A model generated the notes under the pieces. It had not been told where the DNA came from. It saw only the letters and a program-made list of their open reading frames with translations, and did not search any database. A stretch of 64,000 nucleotides of DNA. It comes from Eledone cirrhosa. Its lineage: Eukaryota. The DNA is taken from assembly GCA_964016885.1 (NCBI GenBank), contig OZ024749.1:47554001-47618000 (forward strand). Direction: 5' to 3'. Positions 13,773 through 27,124 of this stretch are shown piece by piece. Every line of letters begins with the position of its first letter. Position 1 is the first letter of the stretch. The translations under genes and the position numbers were made by a program.

Positions 13773-15013
13773 GATAGGACATGTATATAAATGCAAATGT
13801 GCAAAATTCTAATGCATTTTTCCTCTCAAGTAGAATATATATGCAAATAAAGCTAAATATAATTTAATTCTACTTGACTTGTCGTTGACATGATGTAGAC
13901 ATTACAGCTACATATATGCATATATATTTATGTAAAACACCACTGATGATACGCTGATTCTTTACCGAAAATGTCCTAGCTACTTTTGTTTCCCTTCTAT
14001 ACCATTTGGCACTGTAGCCTAAGCTTTTCTTTCATGATAAATTGAGTTGTACTCCTATCAACATGGGACGAAGCTATTGTGTCTCTTAATGTAGAAACTC
14101 ACCATCGTAATTCGAAATAACCGGGCACATTTCTAAATAATACAAGAGGTTAAAAGAAGTATGCATTAACGCTTGTGTTTGTAATTGATCACAGTTTTGC
14201 CTTAAGAGGAGCCGCTATATGTCAAATATTTATCTAAGATAACATGTTCAAGGAGAGAATATGACTCGGAATGTTGTTGGTAAAGTTATAACGTTACAAT
14301 TTTATGAGGCACTACATTATGTATGTACTGCTCTTGTCTTCCGTGAAATTAGATTTGTTTTTAAATATAACTTTTCTTTGCAATTCTTCCTTTCAATATA
14401 CTTTAAATTTGTTCACCTAAATATAATTTTGGATGTATAAAGCTCTACAGTATTTCAGGTATTTAATGTGTTATGTGACTGAAATACTTTTATTTTAATC
14501 AATACTTACATACATGTGTGCGTGTGTGTGTGTTAGAGGGAGAGAGGGAGACAGATATATATATATAGAGAGAGAGAGAGAGTGAGAGAGAGAGAGAGTG
14601 AGAGAGAGAGAGAGTTGCATCTGAAATAATGTTTGTTTTATTTGTTTCTGCAACTCTCTTCTATCTTTTTTTATTTTTTTATGAAGGACTAACGTCCGAA
14701 ATATAATATGAAGAATACAATCGTAAACCTGAGATATTTCTTCATTGTACTCTTTCGTTTCGTTACCTATTTCTGTTTATATTTTATCTCTATATCTATC
14801 CCCTCTCTCTCTCTATCTCTATATATATATATATATATATATCTCACCCACTCTCTCTCTCTCATATATTTATATAAATGTGCCACACATAGGCAGACAT
14901 GTTTTATGAACTTAAAAGTATTAACTATATTCCATGGTTAACATCATACTTGTGTTTATTAATTCATTCATTACTCTATCTACATATAGTTATTTCACGA
15001 AATATATACATAC

Positions 15014-15097
<84 letters not shown>

Positions 15098-15235
15098 TGT
15101 TGGTATATATATGTGTGTTGGTATCTTAACGATAGTTATAGCTCTGATTTATCTGAATTATTGAGCCCTCTGCCACTCATGTCGGATTTTGTTTATCGTA
15201 GATTCGTAAGCTGATTTTCCAATACTCGATTATTC

Positions 15236-15320
<85 letters not shown>

Positions 15321-17115
15321 AATAAAGATGTGTATCTTGGTACATCTAATTGTTTAGCATTGTGGAATGGTGTATTCATTTATTATTAATGTATAGCAAA
15401 CTGATGTGTTGCAGAGTATCGTATGAAAAGTCATCGTTAGCCATAAAGAGATTATCTTTCGAGAGAAATGGGAATGTAATGAGCAGAACACTTAAAAACA
15501 CTTCTCATAGAAATACTTTAAGATACAGAATGTGTACATACCGTCATGTCATGGACAGAAAGTGTATACAATATAAATGTATGTCTATGAATTGGTTTGG
15601 TAATAGTGTAGATCTGTTACATTCCCTTTTACTTTACAAAAATAAATCATTGTATTTTGCGCTGCATGAATACTAAACTGTATGGGTATTTCTTAAGAAA
15701 ATATATTTTGTGATTCAGTCGTTTCTAATAAATATGTCATTCAATCATGAGAGGTTTAAAGAATATGTGTGCTATATCAGATGAAAAAAAAAAAGGAAAA
15801 GAAAAACTAAGCAATGCTGTAACTATTGAAATGTAAAATATGAAAGTTTTGGTATGAAAAATATTAAGTATAAAATATTGATAAAATATATTGCAATTGC
15901 TTATTTCCTCAAGAGAAAAATATATTAGCCATATTACTTTTCTTTCACGGTTTTAATATTTTATTTTTTAATATATTTTAAGTCGTGATCTGATATATAT
16001 GTTTTTAAAAATGTGTGTTTACGTATAATAATTTTAACAAATATTTAGCTTCGTTGGATGAATATTCATAATAAGTTTCGATGGAATATTGTGCAAATTT
16101 CCGTATACTCCGATGTTATAAAAAAGGGAACGTTTTCAGATCAACATTACAAGACTGTTATTAAGCATTATTTTTTAAGCAATACATACAAAAAAAGTAT
16201 TCTATATATAAATAAGTAATTTTAAATTGCATCCCCTTGCTCTGTCCAATTTCATTATCTGATTATTTTAGAGAGGATTTGATACCATTAAAATATTGGC
16301 TATATTAGTCAATTTTCTGCTAAGATCGGTCGTTCATTGAATTGTAATTACATAGTTAACATCTATGTAAGAAAACGTTGGTTGTATATACACACACGCA
16401 CACGCACACCCACACCCACAAATACATACACACACATACACACACAGACATACACACACACACACGCATACACATACATTGTCACGCATACCCATATTTT
16501 TTTTCGTTATGTGTAACTTCACATTGGTTTAACAACTTGAGTACATGAAGCATAAGTGGCAGATAAAAAACAAGGATATATGTATTTGTAAATATACATC
16601 TGTGTGAATATTTTCCACGATGCAGAATTTAGCATGAATGAATCGTTGTGATTATTTGGAGGTATATATTATTCCGAAAATATATTCTTCTTATTGAATT
16701 ATTGCGTAACTGTGTATTTGATCTACCCGTACAATGCGTTCTATATATATATTGTGTTAATTTCCATAACAAGTTCGCAATCTATATGTGGTAAATTATC
16801 CTATTCAAATATCCTGCAAATCACAGCTAAAGTTTTGTGAAATAAAAGATGAATTGTGAAATAAAAGATGCATGTAAGAGATTTAATCATATCTCACCTT
16901 AATAAAGATGAACGGGAAAGTAAACAGCATCCGACGCTTAGTTTACACTACTCGTAATAAAGAACGAACGAGAAAACACTTTCAAAAATGTCACATTTCT
17001 TAATAACTACGTTTCATATGACGACCAGATGTCCGCTCTTAGTAGTGTCATTTGGTATATACATTCTATGTGAGTATGTGTGCATCATTAGACCATTATT
17101 GTGAATGGACATAAT

Positions 17116-17203
17116 TGTTTCTACGTTAGGCACAAGGCCAGCAAATAACCCAGTGTATTACTGGTACTTTATTTTATCGACACCGTAAGGATGAAGGGCA
17201 AAG
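17116..17203 (-). mobile_element. 5'-truncated SINE with perfect 16-bp TSD
   Basis: SINE core and tail on the minus strand; tgtgaatggacataat at 17100-17115 and 17204-17219. Confidence 0.9.
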
Positions 17204-18541
17204 TGTGAATGGACATAATGAGAAAGAAATAATGATATATATTTGGTTTTACAATGTATATATAGTCGACCCTGATACAAAATGTGATAGTTATTCTAAG
17301 TCTAGTTTTATTATACTAATATAATACGTGCAACGAGCATAGGCGGTTTCTATAAATACAGCAGCACATGGAATATTAAATATTGTCTGAAGCTCTGAAT
17401 TTGTGAAACTTATGAAACATTATGACATTGTAAACTCAATTCTATTCGGTATAAAACCATGAATGCTTTTTCGCCATGTGTTTATACATATATTTAATTT
17501 CATAAATATATTTTGGATATATACAGAGACGAGATATAGTCGCGATATATAAGATTTATTACATTTTAAATTATTTCGCCAACAGTTGAGGGTAACCAGG
17601 TTTATTCTCACATTGAATATCTATTGGATATTAAATCTGATAAGGATTGCATATATATATATATATATTTTCACACAGCTCCGTGAATATATATATATTT
17701 GAATGATGCCATTTATTACTATCAGTTGTACATTCCAGCATATCAAGTTTCAACAGAGTTTGGGTAATAGGAAGTCTGCAAAAATAAACCCAAATTAGAT
17801 ATTTCTCGTTCATATTATTGTCATAATGTATTTAATCTTTTCAAAGCCATTCAATTGCTTTCAACATACACATTGCCACGAATTCGTAATGGATATATTC
17901 GGTTACATTTTCAGGCCTACATCAAACATTGTCCCTTATTTATAAAATGTAAGTAAATAAAAAGATATATTGATTTTGGCAGAAATTGGTTCATAGGACT
18001 TAGACACTTAACGGAATATATTATTTATATTTGAAGAAGGTTGAAGCATGCCAAACGTGTCTAAATGCATGAGACACACAAGAACATGTACTACATTACT
18101 TGAACAGATTTGTGTATGACGATAATGGTTGTTTCCCTCCCCTCAATGTATGATTTAAATTGAATTTAGTTAACCATGGCGGCTTCAAACGGTAGGAATA
18201 TTGTCATTTCCGCGAGTGTTTACTGTGTTTCCTATAGTTGCAATGATCTAACATTAATATTAATACTTGGCAGGAAATCATAACAGTTTTTGTAAAATAT
18301 AGCGTACTTTAATAGATGCATTATCATATTTAGTCACATTAATCGGGTCGAGTGCATTCGCTAAATGAATTCTCGTTTTCATTATAATTCCATTTCATCA
18401 TTTCATATTATGTGAATTAGCAATGTCCGCTTACCACAGGCAGTGTATTCATATATTTCAGAAGAATGCGCCTATCAAGTTAAAAGCAACCTTACCTTAT
18501 TCGTAGGTTAGATTTTTATTATTGATGGCATTGATTATTGA

Positions 18542-18733
18542 GGGCGGTGTATTGGCAGTGTCGGTAGAGAATCTGACGCCATGCTTTGACGCATAGTGTT
18601 ACGGCCCTTTCCATTCTGAGTTCAAATCCCGGCGAGGTTAGCTTTGCCCTTCATCCTTGCGGGGGTCGATAAAATAAGGTACCAGTAACGCACTGGATAA
18701 TTACTGGCCTCGTGCCTAAAGTAGACAAAATTA
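18542..18733 (+). mobile_element. Full-length tRNA-derived SINE
   Basis: A box tggcagtgtcgg, B box gagttcaaatcc, core gctttgcccttcatccttgcgggggtcgataaaataaggtaccagt. Confidence 0.9.
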
Positions 18734-20334
18734 ATGATGGCAGGAATATCAGTACACTATTTGGCGGCTGTATCGAATCTAGTGTGATGGCCTAAACAAA
18801 AGTATTGATTTGAATGTATTGCATCTGTCGTCATATACAAGGTGTGAGGATTAATGGATAGCACTGTCCAGTGAACTGCCAAATACATGGTCTTCGAAAT
18901 ATTAAAATCACCATAATTATATTTTGGCTAATATTACGTATTGCTCCGTCAACAATTTCAGATTGTGAATCAAGGTAAATAATCGAATATCAAATGTAAA
19001 TCTTATTGATTCATTGCTGTTGATAACAGTATGATATCTTTCTAGAATAACAAGCAAAGGATATATTCAGATATATTGATTCAATCCCTCGAAGTTGTAA
19101 ATCAACTGAGAAGTCTGTGATACATTTCCGTGTAGAGAAAGACTCAGAACCTCTACGAGGAATCCTTGCTCCTTGTGTTATCAGAATTAAACAGCCGACT
19201 GGATATATGTCCTTGTTTAATCATATCCCAATGAATTCTATTTTAAACCTTTTGATCAGGGTCTAGATTCCAAACTGCATTCCTGCAGCGTTGTGTAATA
19301 TGTATAAGCGCATCCTTCTGATATTCTCAGACACGGAATATTTAATATATTTTGGTAATATATATATATATATAAGCCCTACATTTGAACTCATTCATTC
19401 AATGTCCTAACATATTTCCCTGGCAATTTTATATTTTGAGCCGATTGAAATCAAGCATTTCATATTTCCACTTCCCCCTACAAATTACTAATATGGCACT
19501 CCATATTTGTGCGAGAAGTGTTCTATCTAGATAATAATATGATTTAAATATTTTAGATATATAATAGAAGGCAATATATCTGCCGGGAATTATATTTTCT
19601 TTCACTGCAATATAGTTGTTTAAATTTTGTATTACTTCCTTTCACTGACATTTACTTATATATTCATACGTCTTCATTGTAAGTGTATGGAATCTATCTA
19701 TTTAGCATTGCAAATAACAAGCTTAAATTTAACTTTAGTCCTTGGCTTCCCTCGTCTCAGAAGTACTTTATATATGTATATATATATTACATATGCATGT
19801 ATATGAACCATATTTGAATTTTCTTCAATTTCACATGAATTATATATGAGCATATTCAGTAAGCAATTCTAGTGCCTTTTCTGAAACTGTTCTACTGAGA
19901 TTATATTTTACTTTAAAATTAACAGATTCATATTGTTAAAGATCAAAGTTTTGGAGAGTTACAAAAAAATAACAAAAAGTATATATTTGGTCTGACAATA
20001 CAAGTAGAATAATATGATAATTTTAGTGTACACACAAAGGTAAAAATATTTACAAAGATATCGGTGAAAGTAAATTACTCCCTGAAGTCTACAAAACTCT
20101 TTTGAATGCTCTTCCTGTTTAAGAGATATATTCATTTACGCTAACTGTTACTAAATATTTAAACTTTTAAGAGTTAGCTATTATATATATGTAGAAATAT
20201 TTTCTAGCGTTGAAATAATCTGGTATGATACGCGTTCGAAATTCCTGCAGATTTTAATTCACTCATATAGTTCAGAAATCTTTCTGATGTATGTACATGC
20301 AAAATAATTTTTTGGGAAAGGGAAAGTCGATTAT

Positions 20335-20420
20335 GTCACTTTATTTGCTCGACTCCACAAGGAGGAAAGGTAAATCTTGCCTCGGCTGGATATGAACTAA
20401 GAATGTAAAAGGCCGAAATT
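20335..20420 (-). mobile_element. Degenerate SINE fragment
   Basis: actttatttgctcgactccacaaggaggaaaggtaaatcttgcctcggctggatatgaact resembles the reverse complement of the SINE core and B box. Confidence 0.6.
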
Positions 20421-20472
20421 CTATGACACTATCCATGCTGTTCGCTGCTGCTAAAACAACACTTTATAGTTA

Positions 20473-20767
20473 CTCGATAAAGTGCGGAACTCAAAGTTCA
20501 GAGATTCGATGCAGATAGAACCACTGTTCACCAACTATAGGGATCACAACTCTGATACAACGAGCATGAGATTAGAATATCTCAGGAAATAAACGCTGGA
20601 GAGAATTTATGGACGAAACCATACGGCAGAAACCGACGGATGGATCACAAAGAAGATAGGATCAATGAGCGCTGGGGATCCAATCGCATTAATTAGAGAT
20701 GGTTGATTCGTACAAGACCACAGGGTGACACGTTTGAGGACTCCGACTCAAGAGCCTCTGAGAAATG
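20473..20767 (+). pseudogene. RTE-clade LINE 3' end relic
   Basis: LDKVRNSKFRDSMQIEPLF / GSQL*YNEHEIRISQE...WTKPYGR with a frameshift, matching RTE/Expander DKVRNS.IR..L.IEPLL..IE.SQLRW.GHV.RM...P.GRRP; directly followed by (AAG)n. Confidence 0.75.
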
Positions 20768-20939
20768 AGAAGAAGAAGAAGAAGAAAAAGAAGAATAAGA
20801 AGAAGAAGAAGAAGAAGAAGGAGAAGAAGAAGAAGAAGAAGAAGAAGAAGAAGAAGAAGAAGAAGAAGAAGAAGAAGAAGAAGAAGAAGAAGAAGAAGAA
20901 GAAGAAGAAGAAGAAGAAGAAGAAGAAGAAGAAGAAGAA
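20768..20939 (+). repeat. (AAG)n microsatellite, probably an expanded RTE tail
   Basis: About 57 AAG units immediately after the LINE 3' end. Confidence 0.95.
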
Positions 20940-21843
20940 TGACAATTGGCATTTCTCAGTGTTTATGACTTCCATATAAAGAATATTAGAATGTGTACAA
21001 CAAACGATATTACACATGACATTTCGTGCAAATACCTAATAATATGCTATATGAATAAACTTGAAGAATGATTCTTCATATTTAAAATCACCTTACTTCT
21101 TTGTTCGAAATATAATTAATTATACGTATTAGAATTTAACGATCATTAAGAGACATATTTTCCTAAAGCTAATGATAATTCAGAAAGCCTGCATATAGAG
21201 ATATTACATCGATGCTTTCCTTTGAAAACGTTAAGAAACATATTTGAATAATTCAATATGTAAATAAAGTGATGTTATATGTGCATTACAACGTGTGATT
21301 CAATTCACATTGGGTAACTTGCTGAATATAAACAACGCTAATTTGATTTATTTTCGAGAGTGTAATTCAGGGATGTTGCCAGTAATATTATGTGATGTCT
21401 ACAGAAATTATTTTACTGGATTCTATAAGCAAACAGGTTATCGTGTTTCTGTTAATTAATAAGGAGTTCAGTCGATTGAATCTTATCAGACCATCACCTG
21501 TTCATTACAGGACAATAACACATTACTCATATATCCTTAAAGAATAAATATGAATGTTCATAAGCCTATGTTACTTAATATAAAAGTATAAATGATTTCA
21601 AACAAACGAAGCAGTCGTACCCTCTCGTCTGAAACGTTGAAACACTCTTCCTGCTATTTCAATCGTTAAACTAATATATTTTTTCCATAATCTGTACATA
21701 CTGTGTTGTTACTTGTGATTACCTTTTGCATATATGTTAACTGTGCATAGAGTGGTTGATTGGGTACCAGCACCAATAATTCACTGAAACACATACTCTC
21801 TCTATCTATCTCTCTTCATATATATATATATATATATATATAT

Positions 21844-21921
<78 letters not shown>

Positions 21922-24602
21922 GTATATATATAGTGCATATGTGTGTGTGTATGTTCCCCTTTACTGAAGTAGGTATGCATTGGATGTATAGCAATACTTC
22001 TCCTTACAACTTATTTACTAGTGAAATGTGCTTTTAATCTTCTCTTTTCATATGAAAGTAAAACATCGCTTCCAGTAATTAAAACAAATCTATTTATAAA
22101 AATTCAAATGAACATGGGAAAATATTTTTAGTGTCATTTCTTTTGGTATAAAAAATTACACAGTTTCTCCTTGTATAACGATATATATAGTTAACTAATA
22201 TATTTATTGATACATTTAATATATTTTCTCTATTGATTTTGGTGTTCCATAAGTTGGTCACGATAATGGTAATAGAATTATATTTAATCAAATTCTTGCA
22301 ACTTATTGTAGATGTTTCATCTAGGAAGATCAGGTAGTTTTGATAAAATATCATCATCCATTTGATGAGTGTATATGTTTTATTTCAATTGTTGAATCAT
22401 ACGATTTGTTTACATTAAATTTAATTAGATACAAAAGTATATATTTTTTTTTTCTCGTGTAACAGCATAATGTTACAGGTTCAGATATTCAATCTTGTAT
22501 CATGAAAAGGTTTGGAATTATTAAGTATATTTTCTTACTTTAATATTTATTAAGGTAGGGATATTGGATATATATTCTATATTGCAAAATATTCAGCATT
22601 CATATTTGAGTTAAAATTGCAGTATCATTTATCTTGTTTTTATATCAACCCATACCATATAATATAAAAAGTTCACGTTCGACTGAATTGTCTATTTTTT
22701 CATTGAAATATTCCAGTTATTTAATATTCTTTGCAATATCTAAATAGTGAATTAATACGCACATATATAAGATCCAATCCCTACTTTCTTTTCACTGGTA
22801 ATATTTCTTTCATTTTACCTCTTGAAATATTATATAATAAAAACGCATTTGTAGAATATCTGCATTGAATGAATCAAAAATAATTTTATTTTAACAGATT
22901 TTGCTTAAAATTACATCATATGCGATTGTAGTGTCTATCCCAAATATATAAATGTAGGGATATTAAAGGAATATGACAGAAAAGGAATTCATAGGAACGA
23001 ATATAACTTTTATAGAATATTTCTACGGATATATTCAAAGAGATTTTATGAAGATGTCAATGAAGAACAGATACATATGATAACCGACTATCGAAGTCAA
23101 CCTAGATATTGAAATAACGCAACATTATTAGATGCGCATATGCAACTATGATTTACATATACTATAGACAATGAGATGGAGGAGTTGGTATTGTCTGAAT
23201 TCCTCAGCTCCAGGTATATTGTCCTAGCGTCATTTATTTTAATTCCAAACAAGTACAATTTTGCTGGACTCTAGCCTAAATTATAAGTCAAATACGAATT
23301 ATCGTACTTATATATATATATGAGAGAGAGAGAAATAGACAGATAGGGGGATAGAATATATAGATATATATATATATAGAGAGAGAGAGAGTAAGAGAGA
23401 GGAAGAGAGAGATAGCGAGAGAGTTTATTTGATTGTAATGACAAAAGAAAATATATTTGAAAACATGTGTCTAATATAATGAAGGCAAGAGATAATATAT
23501 AAATCAGGAAAAATAAATACTAAATCGAAGTGTGTGTTTGTTTTTAAATATTTGATATGGATTTTAAATCGGATTTTATCAAGAATAGGCATATTACTAA
23601 AGTTTTCAACGAACCAATCGATAGATCAGATAATAACAGACGTAGAAAGTGATTAGAATTTGTAGAATATTATCGCAATTTGATACGGTTTTTGTACCAA
23701 TCTCAAACTGGGAATATGTGTATCTAAAGGCACACGCCATTAATACACACAATATTTTGATTATAATAGTTTTAATTCGTGGTATTATGTGGCCCATATA
23801 GTGCCAATTTATAGCATAAATTGAACATTTTCTTTTTTTAAATGCCCACAAGCGAAACATTATATGTATATGCATTATATTTCTATATTCAATATTATAT
23901 GTTCGGTTAGACATTTGGATATTTCTTAGTGGTATAATAATTTATGCTGCAATTCTAATTTTATATTAATGAATAATGGAAACGTTCTGTTGGTTGTAAT
24001 ATTCCGCTTATAAATCATATATACATTTATACATTAACATAAATAAAAGATTTATCCAATGCTAAATTTCTGATAAATTTCAGATACAAACACATGCATA
24101 CCTTGCTTCCTCTTATCAATTTTCTGCACACGTATAAATATATGTATGTGCGAGAGAGAGGGTGTGTTAAGGAATAAACGTGTGTTAAGGAATAAGCGTG
24201 TATGTGTGATAATGTGTTTATATGTATGTATCATTGTGTGTGTGGTCGTGAGTGTAAGCTTGCGTGACTGAGAATATTTGTTTATGTTTATATGTGACAG
24301 TAACAAGGGACCCATATATATGTCAGAATCTACCATTATATTAAATTATAAATAATGCATTACAGACAGTACAGATTCACATAGATTTTCCATTAAACAT
24401 GATGATATCTGCTGATTTTAATATTATATATTCCATTAACTTTTATTGTAAATTCTGAGAAAATATTTCACACAACTGCACATTAGATAGGTTTAGAGTC
24501 AAGGCATAAAATCAACACCAGGGCATGCCTATTCACATTCAATTTCATATTAAGTATATAACAAATGCATGCATTTAAATTTAAATCTACATTTATTGAT
24601 GC

Positions 24603-24662
<60 letters not shown>

Positions 24663-24773
24663 AAGCAAGTAAGGTAACCAGGAGGAGTGAAAAGTGAGTA
24701 GTTATGCAGATTACGAGCCAGTAGATAGAAGGTTAGTGTGCTCAATGCATATAGCTTGCTAGACTAGCGAGCC

Positions 24774-24960
<187 letters not shown>

Positions 24961-25562
24961 ACTAAGTTAAAGTGTACATCTACATATGTATACGGAAGTA
25001 CTAGTATGCATATAAATACACACATGTATACATATGTACATGTACCGAGTTTTTCACCAGACACTTTAATTTCGTTTCGTTATTTGTTTTTATCGTTTCC
25101 GCTGAACCGGTGCGTACAATGACTCACGTTCTATGCAAATTGGTCTGCCCACTACTGATTTTCATAGAAAAAGCATATAACGATATGTGCTTTTACAATT
25201 CTCCAGAGAAGCCGGAAGATGGGTGTGTATTGCTGATGAGATGTAATAACATCGAAACTAGTCCGGTATTCCTGTCTGGCTCTCTGGAGAATAGAGGAAG
25301 TGTGTTTCCTTGGGGACTCGTGTGACTTTAAAACCCGGTTCGTCTGTTTGTTCACATACAGACTAGCTGGACACTCACTGTAAAGTGTCTGGTGAAAAAC
25401 TCGGTACATGTACATATGTATACATGTGTGTATTTATATGCATACTAGTACTTCCGTATACATATGTAGATGTACACTTTAACTTAGTTGTTTGGGCGTC
25501 AGTCATGCAGGGGTGAGTTAGAAGCGAAACGAAATTTAATTTCGTTTCGTTATTTGTTTTTA

Positions 25563-25563
<1 letters not shown>
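24961..25563 (+). mobile_element. Young hammerhead-bearing element with perfect 108-bp inverted arms and a 29-bp terminal direct repeat (470-nt unit)
   Basis: 24961-25068 is the reverse complement of 25381-25488; tttaatttcgtttcgttatttgtttttat at 25065 and 25535; (TA)n on both sides. Confidence 0.85.
25227..25270 (+). ncRNA. Canonical minimal type I hammerhead ribozyme with GUC site
   Basis: tattg-CTGATGA-gatgt aata acatc-GAAA-ctag-TC-cggta: perfect stem II closed by G-C, palindromic CTAG stem III, stem I with two G-U pairs. Confidence 0.88.
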
Positions 25564-25619
<56 letters not shown>

Positions 25620-25626
<7 letters not shown>

Positions 25627-25897
25627 GCGTAAGATCAGAAAATATTTTTAAAAATATTTAAAAACAATTTTTTACTTACTTACTTAAATTTTCACTCCAA
25701 CTAATTAGTTTCTGCAATGGGATAAAGACAGTTACGTAATCCAACTGTCGAGAATTCATTGCGTCATCAGGGAGTCTATTCTCAGCTGAGTCTCTATCCC
25801 ATTGCAGGAACTAATTAGTTAGAGTGAAAATTTAAGTAAGTAAACATTTTTTTTTTAATTTTTTAAAAAATATTTTCTTATCTTACGTCTTTTATAT
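25620..25897. mobile_element. Fold-back element with about 105-bp inverted arms
   Basis: taaaaggcgtaagatcagaaaatattttt...ctaattagtttctgcaatgggataaagac versus gtctctatcccattgcaggaactaattag...aaatattttcttatcttacgtctttta. Confidence 0.8.
25694..25775 (-). ncRNA. Type I hammerhead with branched, extended stem II and intact core
   Basis: Minus strand actcc-CTGATGA-cgcaatg...gacagtt ggattacgt aactgtc...cattgca-GAAA-ctaattag-TT-ggagt. Confidence 0.8.
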
Positions 25898-25922
25898 TAT
25901 GTGTGTGGGTATGTATGTGTGA

Positions 25923-25976
<54 letters not shown>

Positions 25977-26043
25977 ATATATATATGTGTGTGTGTGTGT
26001 GTATGTATGTGTATATGTGTGTGTGTGTGTGTATGTATGTGTG

Positions 26044-26100
<57 letters not shown>

Positions 26101-26149
26101 ATGTGTATGTATATGTATGTATGTGTGGCTGAAGGTATGTGTGTATATA

Positions 26150-26395
26150 TAGGTGTAAGTGCACTAAATCCCTTTCTATCACTCTCCCCTCTCCTACCGA
26201 CCACAGGAAGATATATGTATGTATATTGCTTCCACCCCCTCACTGACCAGCTGCTGGCCAGCTGGCCATTGATAAGTCTGACCTTTATAAAATAACCCAC
26301 ACCCCCAAATAACTTCTCATTCACTACCAGAAAGGCACACAGCAGTCAACTTGTTGCTACCAAGATGAAAACTACTATGAAATCCCACAATGAAT
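26150..26395 (+). pseudogene. Possible very degenerate PLE RT relic upstream of a hammerhead
   Basis: [10 protein letters not shown]...PTT...NNFSF...VATKM loosely resembles PLE GL.AL..FL...PT...L..NNFSF...GVAMGTKM. Confidence 0.25.
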
Positions 26396-26462
26396 TTTAA
26401 ACTTGAATTTTCAAATCTCAAATGTTAACTCTTCGTATTATTAATTTTTATTAATATTAATC

Positions 26463-26510
26463 AACATTTGAAAAGATGGCTTTTGCAGACCCATCGAAAC
26501 CGGTCATTTT
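26463..26510 (+). ncRNA. Type I hammerhead motif, U3-A8 core variant
   Basis: aacat-TTGAAAA-gatgg cttttgcagac ccatc-GAAA-ccgg-TC-atttt. Confidence 0.6.
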
Positions 26511-26809
26511 TTATACCCTTTATTATTTCCTTACCTTATAAAATTATATATTTTTTCACAAAAAAGTATTCTGTCTCTTCTATATTCCATGTGCCATTAC
26601 CAACCTCAATTTTCTCTATAACCTTCGTTTTGTGTAGACAATTACACTTTTCATATATATATATATGAACTAATGTAGGTCCTGTGACTTGAAGCTAGGT
26701 ATACATGTTTTACCGGTTGAAAGCAAATTTTAAGGGTGTATTTCATATCGATTGATATTGAAGGAATAAGTACAGTTTTTTTTTTTTTAGAAGTAAAACT
26801 AGTAATAAT

Positions 26810-26994
26810 TGTTCCTAGTTTTGGCACACAGCCAGCTATTACCCAATGCATTACTGGTACTTTATTTTATCGACCCCGTAAGGATGAAAGGCAAAGTTAA
26901 CCTCGGCTGGATTTGAACTCGAATGGCAAGGGCCGTAACTCTATGCGTCAAAGCATGGTGTCAGACCCTCTACCGATACTGCCAATCCACCGCC
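26810..26994 (-). mobile_element. Full-length tRNA-derived SINE with 9-bp TSD
   Basis: Complete head, core and tail on the minus strand; agtaataat at 26801-26809 and 26995-27003. Confidence 0.92.
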
Positions 26995-27071
26995 AGTAAT
27001 AATGGATCCTTGGTAGCAATTTGCAGAAAACACTATTTAATAATGTAGATATTCTCCACAGTTGAAGAAGG

Positions 27072-27120
<49 letters not shown>

Positions 27121-27124
<4 letters not shown>

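Noticed and set aside
14678-14714. atgaa-ggac taac gtcc-GAAA hammerhead remnant
   Set aside because: Stem II and GAAA are present but the CUGA core and stem I are lost, so I did not count it as a motif.
15390-15600. 108-aa ORF or RTE-like words (FREKW, RHVMDRKC)
   Set aside because: The similarity is too fragmentary to support either a gene or a LINE relic by eye.
18542-18733. tRNA gene
   Set aside because: A and B boxes are present but run into a repeated SINE body with no cloverleaf or terminator, and the many truncated copies with TSDs indicate a SINE.
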